Part shown: piece after piece, positions 17,989 to 27,949 of the stretch | How positions within the stretch are numbered: the first letter of the stretch is position 1 | How the letters are laid out: each line of letters begins with the position of its first letter | DNA from: an uncultured Bacillales bacterium | Lineage (GTDB): Bacteria > Bacillota_I > Bacilli_A > RFN20 > CAG-288 | Length of the DNA: 64,000 nucleotides | Direction of reading: 5' to 3' | Assembly (NCBI GenBank): GCA_937874465.1 | Contig: CALNAX010000044.1 | Coordinates: 2,212-66,211 of the forward strand | The notes under the pieces: generated by a model | Database searches by the model: none | Told to the model about the DNA's origin: nothing | The model's input: only the letters and a program-made list of their open reading frames with translations | Program-made: the position numbers and the translations under genes

Positions 17989-19209
17989 CTATATCAGGTT
18001 TGTGCTGGCGGGGAGCGGCTTTATCCAGATCTTCTTGACGTTGTCCACGCACTCGTTCACCAACGTGTTCCAATCGAAGGTGCCTTCGATCTTCTCGACT
18101 TCGTCAAGATGGGGCGCGGTGACCGGATCCTTGACCGGGAAGACGGTGCAGCAGTCATCATAAGGCCTTATGGAGATGTCGAAGGTCCCAAGCCTTTGGG
18201 CCAAGGCGATTATCTCGGTCTTGTCATAGGTGGCCAAAGGCCTGATCACGGTCATGTCGCAGGCCTTGTCGATGGCGGACATCGACTTCAGGGTCTGGCT
18301 GGCGACCTGACCGATGGACTCCCCGGTGGAGATGACCAGGTCGTTTCCGGCATGGGCGACCTTTTGGGCGATCCTTAGCATCATCCTCCTCATGATGGTG
18401 ATGGCATAGGAAGTGCCCGCCTTCTCGTAGATCTCCTCCTGGAGCTTGGTGAAGGGGACGACGTAGAGTTTGATCTCGGGCTGATAGGTATTAAGGACAT
18501 GCAAAAGGTCGGTGATCTTGGTGAGGACCTTGTCGGACGTGTAGGGCGGGGCGGCGAAGTGGATGGCCTCGATGCGACAGCCGCGCTTCATCATGAGATA
18601 GGCAGCAACCGGCGAGTCGATGCCGCCCGAAAGAAGGGTCAAGACCTTGCCGGCGATGCCTAGAGGATAGCCGCCCATTCCCGCCTCCTTGGGGCCATAG
18701 ACATAGGCGCATTCGGGCCGGATGTATATGTGGACCTGCAGCTCCGGCTCATGGACGTCGACCTTTATCCCCGGAACGTTTTGCAGCACCAGGGCGCCGA
18801 TCTGGCGGTTGATGTCGTCGGAATGCATCGGGAAGGTCTTGTCGGCCCTCTTGGCGAAGACCTTGAAGGTCTTGGCCTTGGAGGCCTTGGCCAAGGCTAT
18901 GCTTTCGCTCGCGATCCTGTCGAAGTCCTTCGCCACCGCCTTCACCTTGGCGAAGGCATGGATTCCGGGTATCAAAGGCAGCACCTTGGCGACTTGATCA
19001 TAGGGGACGCCGTTCAAGACGATGTAGATATGGTCCTTGTGGATCTCATAGCCCAATTGGGGATAGGCTTTCAGATGGGTCTTGATGTTCTTCCCCAACA
19101 GCCTAATGAAATCGAAGATGTTCTTCCCCTTGGTAGACAATTCCCCGAAGAACACTATCGCCATGTCCTTGTCGGTAAGGGATTCTTCGCCCTTTATTTC
19201 TTTTTCCAT
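17989..19209 (-). CDS. thiI: tRNA 4-thiouridine(8) synthase
   Basis: 'GELSTKGKN', THUMP domain, PP-loop 'LLSGGIDSPVA', 'GESIGQVASQT' and 'PYDDCC'. Confidence 0.96.
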   Translation of the reverse strand: MEKEIKGEESLTDKDMAIVFFGELSTKGKNIFDFIRLLGKNIKTHLKAYPQLGYEIHKDHIYIVLNGVPYDQVAKVLPLIPGIHAFAKVKAVAKDFDRIASESIALAKASKAKTFKVFAKRADKTFPMHSDDINRQIGALVLQNVPGIKVDVHEPELQVHIYIRPECAYVYGPKEAGMGGYPLGIAGKVLTLLSGGIDSPVAAYLMMKRGCRIEAIHFAAPPYTSDKVLTKITDLLHVLNTYQPEIKLYVVPFTKLQEEIYEKAGTSYAITIMRRMMLRIAQKVAHAGNDLVISTGESIGQVASQTLKSMSAIDKACDMTVIRPLATYDKTEIIALAQRLGTFDISIRPYDDCCTVFPVKDPVTAPHLDEVEKIEGTFDWNTLVNECVDNVKKIWIKPLPASTNLI

Positions 19210-19226
19210 TTTTCCTGCCTACCCCC

Positions 19227-20402
19227 CTAGATATCGAACTTAAGGCTCTTCAGGCCTTGGATGAAGGCCTTCAGGAACATGTCGGCTTCCTTCAGGTCCT
19301 CGTTGCCGGTGAAGGATAGACGGATGGGATTGTCGGCGATATGGGAAGCCAGCCCCATCGCCCTAAGGATGGCATTGGGACCATCGTGTTTGTCATCGCA
19401 AGCCGAGGTGGTCGAGACGAAGATGCCCTTGCCCGACAGATACTGATCCATGACCGAGGCCCGCTGCTTCTTCAAGCCCAAGGTCAGGACGAACGGGATG
19501 ACATTCCCGAGAGGCGATATGACCTCCACCAGGTCTTCCATTCCAACAAGCCCTTCCCTGATCCTGTCGTTTATTTCCTTGGCCCGGAAGGCCCTGTTGG
19601 GCAACGATTCAAGGCCCAGGCGCAAGGCCAAGGCCAAAGAGACGTCCCCTGGGGTATTCGCGGTTCCCGAGCGAAGGCCGGCTTCCTGCCCACCGCCTAC
19701 CTCCGGGGGAACCAAGCGGGACTTAGACCTTTTAAGCAATGCGCCTGTCCCCCTCAATCCCCCAATCTTGTGTCCTGAGAAGGTAACCATGTCGACATTG
19801 GAAAAATCAGTTGCCAACTTGCAAATCGACTGAGTTGCATCAGTATGGAACAAGGCCCTGGGATTGGCTTCTTTAGCCATCTTTGCCATCTTGGCGATGG
19901 GGAGGATGGCCCCATTCTGGTTCGATACCTCCATGGCGGAGATCAAGGAGAATGGTTCCTTAAGTGCCTTTAAGAACATGTCCCAGTCTATGTCGCCGTC
20001 CAGATGGACCGGGATCCTTATGACCCTGAAGCCTTCCTTGGCCAATCTGTCGAACACCTTGCTTACGGAGGAATGCTCGGCCGTGGTGGTGATGATGGTC
20101 TTGGAATAGGACTCCTGGGCCAAGGCAGCGCCCAGAATGGCGATGTTGTTCCCCTCCGTCGCCCCGGAAGTGAAGATGCACTCGAAGGGATTGGCCTTGT
20201 CGTCGTCAGGAGCCAGAAGGGAGACTATCTGCTTACGGGCCTGGGTCAGGTATTCGTCGCATTCGCTGCCGAAATCGTGGATGGAAGCGGGGTTGGCATA
20301 GTATGAGAGTGCGATCTTGCCGGCCAGCTCCACGACCCTGGGGTCGGGTCTCGCGGAAGCGGCGTTATCAAAATACACGGTCTGTTCATCGTCTTTTGCC
20401 AT
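19227..20402 (-). CDS. iscS: Cysteine desulfurase (IscS/NifZ-type)
   Basis: 'YFDNAAS', 'FTSGATEGNN', 'HTDATQ', 'SGHKIGG', 'RSGT' and 'STTSAC'; conserved ezrA-iscS-thiI order. Confidence 0.92.
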   Translation of the reverse strand: MAKDDEQTVYFDNAASARPDPRVVELAGKIALSYYANPASIHDFGSECDEYLTQARKQIVSLLAPDDDKANPFECIFTSGATEGNNIAILGAALAQESYSKTIITTTAEHSSVSKVFDRLAKEGFRVIRIPVHLDGDIDWDMFLKALKEPFSLISAMEVSNQNGAILPIAKMAKMAKEANPRALFHTDATQSICKLATDFSNVDMVTFSGHKIGGLRGTGALLKRSKSRLVPPEVGGGQEAGLRSGTANTPGDVSLALALRLGLESLPNRAFRAKEINDRIREGLVGMEDLVEVISPLGNVIPFVLTLGLKKQRASVMDQYLSGKGIFVSTTSACDDKHDGPNAILRAMGLASHIADNPIRLSFTGNEDLKEADMFLKAFIQGLKSLKFDI

Positions 20403-20443
20403 CGTTTCATCTCCTTGGGAAGGCTTATTAACCGACAGGGGAA

Positions 20444-22186
20444 TCACTGAGCCTGAGTCGTTGACGATTCAGCCTCGCGGTGTTCCCTGATTACGCTCGA
20501 GGCAATATCGTAGCACCGATCGAACTGACAAGCCTGGAAGGCTGCTTCGGCCTGGACCAAATCGTCCTCGGCCTTGGTGAATTCCCGACGGTATTGGTTG
20601 CCATAGACCAAGGCCTCTTCGGCTTTGTGGGCCAGGTCGAGGTTCTTCTCGGTCTCGGAGAGGAACTTCCGTACCTCGGCATCGGTCTGCTCCTCCAGTT
20701 CCTCGGCCACGACGATGTTCACCGGATTGTCGGCGATGACCCCCGCGGTCTTCTCCAGCATGGCGAACATGCTGGTGAGGGTCTTCCTGGAGGTAGCCGT
20801 GAACTGCTGCAGGTCAAATTCGCGGATCTTGGCGGACTCTTCCCAAAGGGCCAGATAGAGGGACCTTATCTCCTGGTTCACCACGCCGATCCTATTCTTG
20901 ATGCGCTCGACATAATCCCCGAAGGTCTTCATGGTCAGGCTAACGTAGTCCACCTCCCGGTTGAGTTCCTCGAACTTGGAAAGGAGGTAGCTATAGGGCT
21001 GAGGATAGGAGGCATTGACCGAGCCATCCAGATCCGACTTTAGCCGCACCATGTTCTCGACCCTGTCGGTCATGCTCTCGACAGGCGAAAGGAAACGGCT
21101 ATCGAGAACATAGGCCTCCTTGAGGGAAGGAAGCTTCTCCACCAATCCCGAATACTTCGCCTGGAGCTGATAGATGACATCGTTTGAGCTATCCCATTTC
21201 GACTCGAAGAGCTTCTTGGCTTCCTTCTCCTTCTCAAAAGACGCCTCCAAGGCGGAGATGCGGTCCACCATGCCATGGAGACGCTCCTTGTCGCCCTTTA
21301 GCGCCAAGGTCTGGAAGGATTGCTTTATCTCCTGATCCTCGAGTGCCATCTCCTTAAGGGCCTCGTCCACCTTCAGATGGTAGATCGGGACCTGTCTCTC
21401 AGTATCCTTGGCCGCCAAGTAGAGATCCTTCAGCTTGTTTGGCACCACCATCTCGGCCAAGGGGACTATTTCCGGAAGATCACGGCCGTATAGGTCCAAG
21501 GCATCGATGACGCTGCTGACTTCCCTGAATACCTTGTCGGCCTGTTCGTAAAGACCCTTGTCCAAAAAGACATCGTATTGGTCGAAGTACTCGTCCAGAC
21601 CCCTGTAGAAGGACTCCAGGACCGGCTTGACGGGTCCGATCTCGACATCGTACTTGTAAAGGTATGACTTAAGGTCCCGGAGCTTTTCCTTGGGCTTGGT
21701 GATCATCTCGTGGTACTGGTTGTCCTTGGTCAGGACATCGGCCAAGGCCTTGCGCAACTCCTCGACCTTGGTCTCGAAGGACACCAGGACGCTATTGCCT
21801 TCCTGGAGGTTCTTGTGAATCGCACGGTAGTTCCTGGAGGCGGTGAGGGAGTCGAAGCTGGTGACCACTTCCTTGGCCCTGACCTGCTGGTCCTTCTCGA
21901 TGCGCTCCTTGGCCGCCTGGCATTCGACGAAAAGATCGTGGTACTTTGGCGAATGGGTTCCCAGATAGTTCAGGCGGGCCATCGAGGCATCCACGTCGGT
22001 GTCCATGATCGAGACTATTTTCTGGTAACGTTCCTGCATCTTGGTTATCTGCTTCTTCAAGTGCTTGTGGGCCGAGAAGAACACGAACAACGCATAGCAA
22101 AGGATCGCGACCACCATGGCCGCGACCGCAGCGACAACCCAGATGGCCCAAGTCGCCATCCCCGCCAGGAACGTAAATCCACTCAT
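20444..22186 (-). CDS. ezrA: Septation ring formation regulator EzrA
   Basis: N-terminal TM, long helical region, C-terminal 'AEEALVYGNQYR' (QNR-patch equivalent) and synteny with iscS-thiI. Confidence 0.85.
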   Translation of the reverse strand: MSGFTFLAGMATWAIWVVAAVAAMVVAILCYALFVFFSAHKHLKKQITKMQERYQKIVSIMDTDVDASMARLNYLGTHSPKYHDLFVECQAAKERIEKDQQVRAKEVVTSFDSLTASRNYRAIHKNLQEGNSVLVSFETKVEELRKALADVLTKDNQYHEMITKPKEKLRDLKSYLYKYDVEIGPVKPVLESFYRGLDEYFDQYDVFLDKGLYEQADKVFREVSSVIDALDLYGRDLPEIVPLAEMVVPNKLKDLYLAAKDTERQVPIYHLKVDEALKEMALEDQEIKQSFQTLALKGDKERLHGMVDRISALEASFEKEKEAKKLFESKWDSSNDVIYQLQAKYSGLVEKLPSLKEAYVLDSRFLSPVESMTDRVENMVRLKSDLDGSVNASYPQPYSYLLSKFEELNREVDYVSLTMKTFGDYVERIKNRIGVVNQEIRSLYLALWEESAKIREFDLQQFTATSRKTLTSMFAMLEKTAGVIADNPVNIVVAEELEEQTDAEVRKFLSETEKNLDLAHKAEEALVYGNQYRREFTKAEDDLVQAEAAFQACQFDRCYDIASSVIREHREAESSTTQAQ

Positions 22187-22229
22187 CTTGAAAACCTCCT
22201 CGTTAAAATCGACTGACCGAACTCAAGGG

Positions 22230-23261
22230 TCAAGCGGATTTCCCGTCCTGGGTCGAACCACGAGGAGTATATTTGGCTACCAGATGGAAGACCTTGTCAG
22301 GCAAGCCATTCTTTTCATCCTTCATGAACTTGGTAAGCATCCTCATGGCTATGGAACCCACCATGAACATGTCCAGATCCAAAGAGGATATCTCGGGGCG
22401 GGCGATATAGGAGTACTTGGTTCCGATTATCGAGAGAATCTCGACTTGGCCGGGAACCGCGATCTTCAAATCGGTTGCGGCATTGTTCACCGCGCACGCC
22501 AAGGAGTCCCTGGGGGCGATGAAGAAGCCCGAAGTGCTGGGATCGTTGGTGAAGCGGGTCTTCATGTCCTGATAGAGACGCTGGTAGGAATCGTCGCATT
22601 CGATGACGGAAAAGGTCTTCTTGTGTTCCTGGCAATAGGACCAAAGGGTATTCTTCAGTCCATCCATCAAATAGCCCTCGTTGTCCACCTGAAGGAAGAT
22701 GACGTTCTTGCCGCCTCTGGCAAAGTAGGCATCGACGGCCTGAAGCATGCCGGTCTTGAAGTCAAAGGACACGGAAGCCGTTAGCACATCGTCAAGTTCA
22801 TGGCCGATAACGACTATTGGCACGTCATAGCGCCTAAGCTGCGACAGTTCCTCAGGCGAGAGCTCGTCGTCATAGATGACCGCGCCATCGACATGGGAGG
22901 TTATGAGCTTCTCGATCTGGTTCTCGGCATCGGCTTTGTCATGCTTGGTCGGGAAGAGAGAGGCTTGGAAGCCATAGGACTTGGCGATGGTCACCATGCC
23001 GGAAAGCATGTTTGATGAGTAGACATAGGGGTTCTCGGGCATCACGATCCCCACGTTGGTGGTCCGGGCCTTGGCCAAGCCCTGGGCCAAAGCCGAGGGC
23101 TTGTAGCCCAAGGCCTTGATGGTCTCCAGCACCACCTTCCGGGTCTTCTCGGTCACGTTGGGGTGATTGTTTATGACCCTGGAGACCGTCGCGAGCGAAA
23201 CGTTAGCCTGATGGGCCACTTGATATATAGTGACCCGATTCTTAGTTTGATTGTCTGCCAT
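22230..23261 (-). CDS. ccpA: LacI-family regulator, CcpA-like
   Basis: 'VTIYQVAHQANVSLATVSRVINNHPNVTEKTRKVV...LGYKPSALAQGLAKARTTNVG' and C-terminal 'GSIAMRMLTK'. Confidence 0.82.
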   Translation of the reverse strand: MADNQTKNRVTIYQVAHQANVSLATVSRVINNHPNVTEKTRKVVLETIKALGYKPSALAQGLAKARTTNVGIVMPENPYVYSSNMLSGMVTIAKSYGFQASLFPTKHDKADAENQIEKLITSHVDGAVIYDDELSPEELSQLRRYDVPIVVIGHELDDVLTASVSFDFKTGMLQAVDAYFARGGKNVIFLQVDNEGYLMDGLKNTLWSYCQEHKKTFSVIECDDSYQRLYQDMKTRFTNDPSTSGFFIAPRDSLACAVNNAATDLKIAVPGQVEILSIIGTKYSYIARPEISSLDLDMFMVGSIAMRMLTKFMKDEKNGLPDKVFHLVAKYTPRGSTQDGKSA

Positions 23262-23412
23262 ATTTCCTCCCATTCCAATCCTGAGTAAAGGGCTTTCCAA
23301 ATGAAAATGATATGTTGTGCTTTACTATAAGTCAAACAAGAATGAAAGCGTGAAAAAGCATAATTAAGGACTTTTTCCCTAATTTGGCAAATATCATGAA
23401 AAGCGGGGCTTT

Positions 23413-24189
23413 TCAGATGTCGATGTCCAGGGTTATCGGACAATGGTCGCTGCCCATTATCTCCTTATGGATGTCGCAGGCCCTTAGTTTGAACATCAGC
23501 TTTTGGGAGACCAAAAAGTAGTCGATTCGCCAGCCGATGTCGTTGGCCCGGGCATCATGCATATAGGACCACCAGGTGTAGCCGATGGTATCGGGATGAA
23601 GCTTACGGTAGGCATCCACCAGCTTCTCCTTGCTCATGAGGTCGCGCATCGCCTTGCGTTCCTGGTCGGTGAAGCCAGCGGAGAAATGATTCTCCGTCGG
23701 GTTATGGATATCCATATCCTCCACCGCCACGTTCAAATCGCCGGTTACTATCACCGGCTTGCTTTTTTGGAGTTTGCCGAGGTACTTCTCAAGGTCTTCC
23801 TGGAACTTAAGGCGGAAGAGGAGACGCTCGAGCGATTGGCCCGAATTGGGGGAATACAGGGCCACGAAATAGAAGGAAGGGAATTCCAACGTCACCGCCC
23901 GCCCCTCGTCGTCGTACTTGTTCTTCAAAAGCCCGTAGTGAATCGATTGGGGCACATACCGCTTCTTGAGGTAGACCGCCACGCCGCTATAGCCCTTCTT
24001 TACTTTGGAGACGGTGTCGTAGATGTCGAATCCGAAAGGCCTGTAGGGGAAAAGCAGGGGATTGTCGTCGGACATCTTGGTCTCCTCGATTGCGAAGACA
24101 TCCATTCCCAAGCCAGCCATGTCAGTTGCGAAAGCGGGTTCCTTCGCAATGGATCTGAGACTGTTCACGTTGAAACTGCCAAACCTCAT
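23413..24189 (-). CDS. xth: Exodeoxyribonuclease III
   Basis: 'SFNVNSLR', 'EETK', 'GYSGVA', 'GDLNVA', 'YTWWSY', 'GWRIDYF' and 'GSDHCP'. Confidence 0.95.
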   Translation of the reverse strand: MRFGSFNVNSLRSIAKEPAFATDMAGLGMDVFAIEETKMSDDNPLLFPYRPFGFDIYDTVSKVKKGYSGVAVYLKKRYVPQSIHYGLLKNKYDDEGRAVTLEFPSFYFVALYSPNSGQSLERLLFRLKFQEDLEKYLGKLQKSKPVIVTGDLNVAVEDMDIHNPTENHFSAGFTDQERKAMRDLMSKEKLVDAYRKLHPDTIGYTWWSYMHDARANDIGWRIDYFLVSQKLMFKLRACDIHKEIMGSDHCPITLDIDI

Positions 24190-24504
24190 CTTCTTCCTCC
24201 GTTTCGGATCCGTCCCTTGTGGGCACGACTCTCTACGTGCCTTCCTTGAAAAGGGTCAAAGGGATGCACCTAGGAAATACATCTCAGTCGTCTCGTCTTC
24301 TCTTTTTACTACCTAGTACATGCCTTTGTCCTTATACGATTGCGAAACCAACATCAATGAAAAGTATGCGAATCAGGGCTGTGAGAGCTTATTTCGTAAC
24401 TAACTTATAACTAAATATACCTTTTTGGAATACGAAAATGCAATTTTCTTCTTAAATCAGCGCAATTATCAAGCTTAATTAAATTAGTTAAGCAAAACTG
24501 ACAC

Positions 24505-24530
24505 AAAAAAGGCTGGCTTTGCGTGCCAGC
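24505..24530 (-). terminator. Terminator after tRNA-fMet
   Basis: GCTGGC/GCCAGC stem followed by CTTTTTT on the minus strand. Confidence 0.75.
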
Positions 24531-24546
24531 TGGTTAAATTTCCTAA

Positions 24547-24622
24547 TGGTAGCGGGGACAGGACTCGGACCTGCGACCTCCGGGTTATGGGCCCGACGAG
24601 CTTCCAACTGCTCCACCCCGCG
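24547..24622 (-). tRNA. Initiator tRNA-fMet(CAT), atypical C33 and C55
   Basis: CGCGGGG 5' end with unpaired C1:U72, three G-C pairs in the anticodon stem, loop CC-CAT-AA, T-loop TCCGAGT, CCA end. Confidence 0.95.
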
Positions 24623-24727
24623 ATGACGGCTATCTATCTAATTACTTCCGGATAGCGTCTAGTATAATAACACAACGAAACCAATAGACAAGGGCGATGC
24701 CCCCTTGGGGAAGCGAGTGCGCTCAAG

Positions 24728-25636
24728 ATGAAATGCCTTATAGTCATAAATCCGTTCTCGACCAACATGGCGGCCATAGCCAAAGCCCGGCGCCTGAAGG
24801 AAGAAGCCATAAAGCGGGGCGTGATGGCCGACATCAAGGGAACCTGCGATCTTCCAGTAATGTTCAAGGATTCCACCGCCAGGGTAGAAGGCGGGCAAGG
24901 CTATGATTTCTGCCTCTATCTGGACAAAGACAAATACATCGGCGAAGTGCTCTCCCTCTCGATGCCCGTCTTCAACAGCCCCAAGGCCACCGAATGGTGC
25001 GATGACAAATCCGTCACCTACATGGAGTCTTTGGGAATAGGCGTCAAGACACCCTTGACGATCCCTGCGCCTTTGAACTATGCCGACAGCCCAAGCGAAG
25101 CAGAAGTAGAAAAGTTCCTCGACTTCGTGGAGAAGTCGTTGGGCTACCCCCTCGTCTGCAAGGAAGCCTACGGATCCCTGGGAAAGCAGGTCTATCTTAT
25201 AAGGAATCGTAAGGAATTGGCCGAGAAGTACCACCAGCTGGAGAAGACGACTCACCTCTACCAGGAGTTCATCGGAGAGTCGACCCATTACGGCACCGAT
25301 TACCGGGTAATAACCATCGGTGGAAAGGCCGTGGCCGCAATGAAGAGGGTCAACGACACCGATTTCCGTTCGAACGTAGGCTCCGGCGGCAAGGGCTTCC
25401 CAGCCGACGACATGCCCCAAAGCTTTGCCAGGGCGGCCGAGGCGATTTCCCAAAAACTGGGACTGGACTTTGCGGGCATAGACTTGGCCAAGGGCCCGGA
25501 TGGCAGCCCCTATTTCTATGAGGCAAACTCAAATGCGTTCTTCTCCGAAATAGAACGAGTGACCGGATTGAACATCGCCGGAATGCTCATGGATTATTGC
25601 ATCGGGAAGGTAGGGAAAAGCCATCGGGAAAAGTAG
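24728..25636 (+). CDS. RimK/LysX-family ATP-grasp ligase
   Basis: 'CDDK', 'GYPLVCKEAYGSLGKQVYL', 'QEFI', 'DFRSNVGSGG', 'FAGIDL' and 'EANS'. Confidence 0.92.
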   Translation: MKCLIVINPFSTNMAAIAKARRLKEEAIKRGVMADIKGTCDLPVMFKDSTARVEGGQGYDFCLYLDKDKYIGEVLSLSMPVFNSPKATEWCDDKSVTYMESLGIGVKTPLTIPAPLNYADSPSEAEVEKFLDFVEKSLGYPLVCKEAYGSLGKQVYLIRNRKELAEKYHQLEKTTHLYQEFIGESTHYGTDYRVITIGGKAVAAMKRVNDTDFRSNVGSGGKGFPADDMPQSFARAAEAISQKLGLDFAGIDLAKGPDGSPYFYEANSNAFFSEIERVTGLNIAGMLMDYCIGKVGKSHREK

Positions 25637-25904
25637 TTTTTTCTCTTGCGAAAGGGCCCCATATCATCAAGGAAAAAATATCTTATGAAAGCGGGTGGAA
25701 GACAACGCCTGCAAAAAGCCGATTGATTTTTTGAAACCATAAGCCATTTCGGTTTTATATTATAAATTGTCATACTAATATTTAACGCATATTGCTACCT
25801 TTTTCTCAATGTCGCTTTTGTGTCTTTGCCATTTGGTCTTGCAACTTTAGCCACTGTGGTTTGGCCCTGGGTCCAATCCATGAAAAAGGCCATGAAAAAA
25901 TATG

Positions 25905-25933
25905 TTGCATTTTTGAAAAAGCGTATATATCAT
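25905..25933 (+). promoter_or_regulatory. Candidate SigA promoter of potABCD
   Basis: TTGCAT-N17-TATCAT in an AT-rich intergenic region. Confidence 0.5.
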
Positions 25934-26287
25934 TAAAGCCGATTTTTCGTCAAGGCCAATCACCAAAAACTTAAGGGGGAACAAAGGTAAATTGGGAACT
26001 TCGTCTTTGGGCTTAGCGCCTGGGGGTGTCGCTCTTGATACTTCTGCTCTTGCAATACTTTTGCAGGGATTTTTCGGCACACGGCATAGAGGGAAGGCCT
26101 TCTTCAGGTCGCCCAAGAGAGTATGGCCCTCGCCGTTCTATTTCCTGTGTCTCAAAGTAAAGCCCAGTATCTCTAGGCCTCTATTGGTCTAACTGTCGGT
26201 TTGCCAAAAGCTTCGCATATATCATGGGGGCTTTGGGTCTTTCAGTCTCGTCGATGCAAGAAGTTTCCAATCAAAGGAATAAAGGAA

Positions 26288-27949
26288 ATGGCAGAAGAAC
26301 CAATCATTGAGTTAAAACACGTCACCAAGGTTTTCGATGGCGTGAAAGTAATAGACGATGAGAACTTTTCCATCAGCAAGGGCGAATTCGTCACCATCTT
26401 GGGTCCTTCGGGCTGTGGCAAGTCCACGACCCTCAGGATGATTGCGGGTTTTGAGACTCCCACCAGCGGCGACATCCTCCTAAATGGCAAGGACATCGTT
26501 CCGATTCCGCCTTACAAGCGCCCGATCAACACCGTGTTCCAGCATTACGCCCTCTTCCCCAATCTGGATGTCTATGACAACGTAGCCTTCGGATTGAAGC
26601 TCAAGAAGGTGCCGGTGCCAAAGATCGGCAAGGACGGCAAGCAGGTCCTGGCCATCAACAAAGGCCAGATCCGCTACCTCAAGAAGCAGATCAAGCGCTT
26701 CAAGAAGGACAAGATCATGGCCGCAGCCGAGAAGGAAAAGCGCATAGCCGATTTCGAGAACCAGATTGCCGCCCTCAAGGAGACACCCGAACCGGCATTC
26801 CGCTTCCGCAAGCTGACGGATCGGGAGATCGACGACAAGGTCATGAGGTCCCTGCAGGTTGTCGACCTCGACGACATGGAGGATCGAAACATCAACACCC
26901 TCTCCGGCGGTCAGCAGCAGCGTGTCGCCATTGCCCGCGCCATCTGTCTGGAGCCGCAGATCCTCTTGCTCGACGAGCCCTTGGGCGCATTGGACCTCAA
27001 GATGCGCAAGGACATGCAACTCGAACTGAAGGAAATGCACAAGAAATTGGGCATCACCTTTATCTACGTCACCCACGATCAGGAGGAAGCCCTGACCATG
27101 TCTGACAAGATCATCGTCATGTCGGATGGCGTAATCCAGCAGATAGGCTCGCCCACCGAGGTCTACAACGAACCCAAGAATGCCTTCGTGGCCGACTTCA
27201 TCGGCGACTCCAACATCTACAACGGCACCGTTACCGGTGCCCGCCAAGTCCGTTTCCTCGGCCAAGACTTCGCCGATCTGGATGACTTCCCCATCGACTC
27301 CCGCGTCGATGTAGTGGTCCGTCCCGAGGATGTCAACCTAGCCATTAAGCCTTTCGACCACAGCTTCGAAGGCGTCGTCGATAGCAAGGTCTTCAAGGGC
27401 ATCTTCTTCCAGTACAGCATCATGGTCGGCAAGGAAGAGGTCATCGCCAAGTCCATCGACGACTTCCCCGAGAAGTCCACGGTCAACATCAGCATCGATC
27501 CCGATGGCATCCACCTAATGAAGAAGGAACTGTCCATAAACATCTTCACCGATGCCAAGATCGACAAGCAGAACAACGTCGTCATCGATGGCATTCCCTT
27601 CGCCGTCGACATCACCCAGCTTTTGGCCAATTCCAAGGTCGATGACGACGGCTACTTGTCGCAAGGTGGCAAGCGCTATGACCTGACCGATCTAAAGGTC
27701 ACCGCCATGGTTAAGCCGGAAGACATAATCATCACCGATGACACCTCCTCAAGCCAAGTGACGGGAACCATCGAGAGCTTGGTGTGGAAAGGCGACCATT
27801 ATGTCTTGATGGTCCGCACCGATACCGATGAGGATTATGTGGTGGCTACCCCTTATTCCTTCAGTCTCAACGACGTGGTCGGCCTATCGATCCCCAAGGG
27901 AAAGATTTCCCTAAAGGCGAAAGGAGAACTGAGCGAATATGAGATTTAG
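26288..27949 (+). CDS. potA: Spermidine/putrescine ABC transporter ATPase
   Basis: Walker A 'GPSGCGKST', '[10 protein letters not shown]', '[15 protein letters not shown]' and TOBE domains. Start moved to ATG 26288 after AAAGGA. Confidence 0.95.
   Translation: MAEEPIIELKHVTKVFDGVKVIDDENFSISKGEFVTILGPSGCGKSTTLRMIAGFETPTSGDILLNGKDIVPIPPYKRPINTVFQHYALFPNLDVYDNVAFGLKLKKVPVPKIGKDGKQVLAINKGQIRYLKKQIKRFKKDKIMAAAEKEKRIADFENQIAALKETPEPAFRFRKLTDREIDDKVMRSLQVVDLDDMEDRNINTLSGGQQQRVAIARAICLEPQILLLDEPLGALDLKMRKDMQLELKEMHKKLGITFIYVTHDQEEALTMSDKIIVMSDGVIQQIGSPTEVYNEPKNAFVADFIGDSNIYNGTVTGARQVRFLGQDFADLDDFPIDSRVDVVVRPEDVNLAIKPFDHSFEGVVDSKVFKGIFFQYSIMVGKEEVIAKSIDDFPEKSTVNISIDPDGIHLMKKELSINIFTDAKIDKQNNVVIDGIPFAVDITQLLANSKVDDDGYLSQGGKRYDLTDLKVTAMVKPEDIIITDDTSSSQVTGTIESLVWKGDHYVLMVRTDTDEDYVVATPYSFSLNDVVGLSIPKGKISLKAKGELSEYEI

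Noticed and set aside
23341-23358. cre-like site TGAAAGCGTGAAAA upstream of ccpA (similar half-site near 25686)
   Set aside because: Only the left half matches the cre consensus; too weak to call without comparative data.
24200-24540. AT-rich intergenic region as oriC or an ncRNA
   Set aside because: I found no DnaA-box cluster or convincing structure beyond the tRNA terminator.
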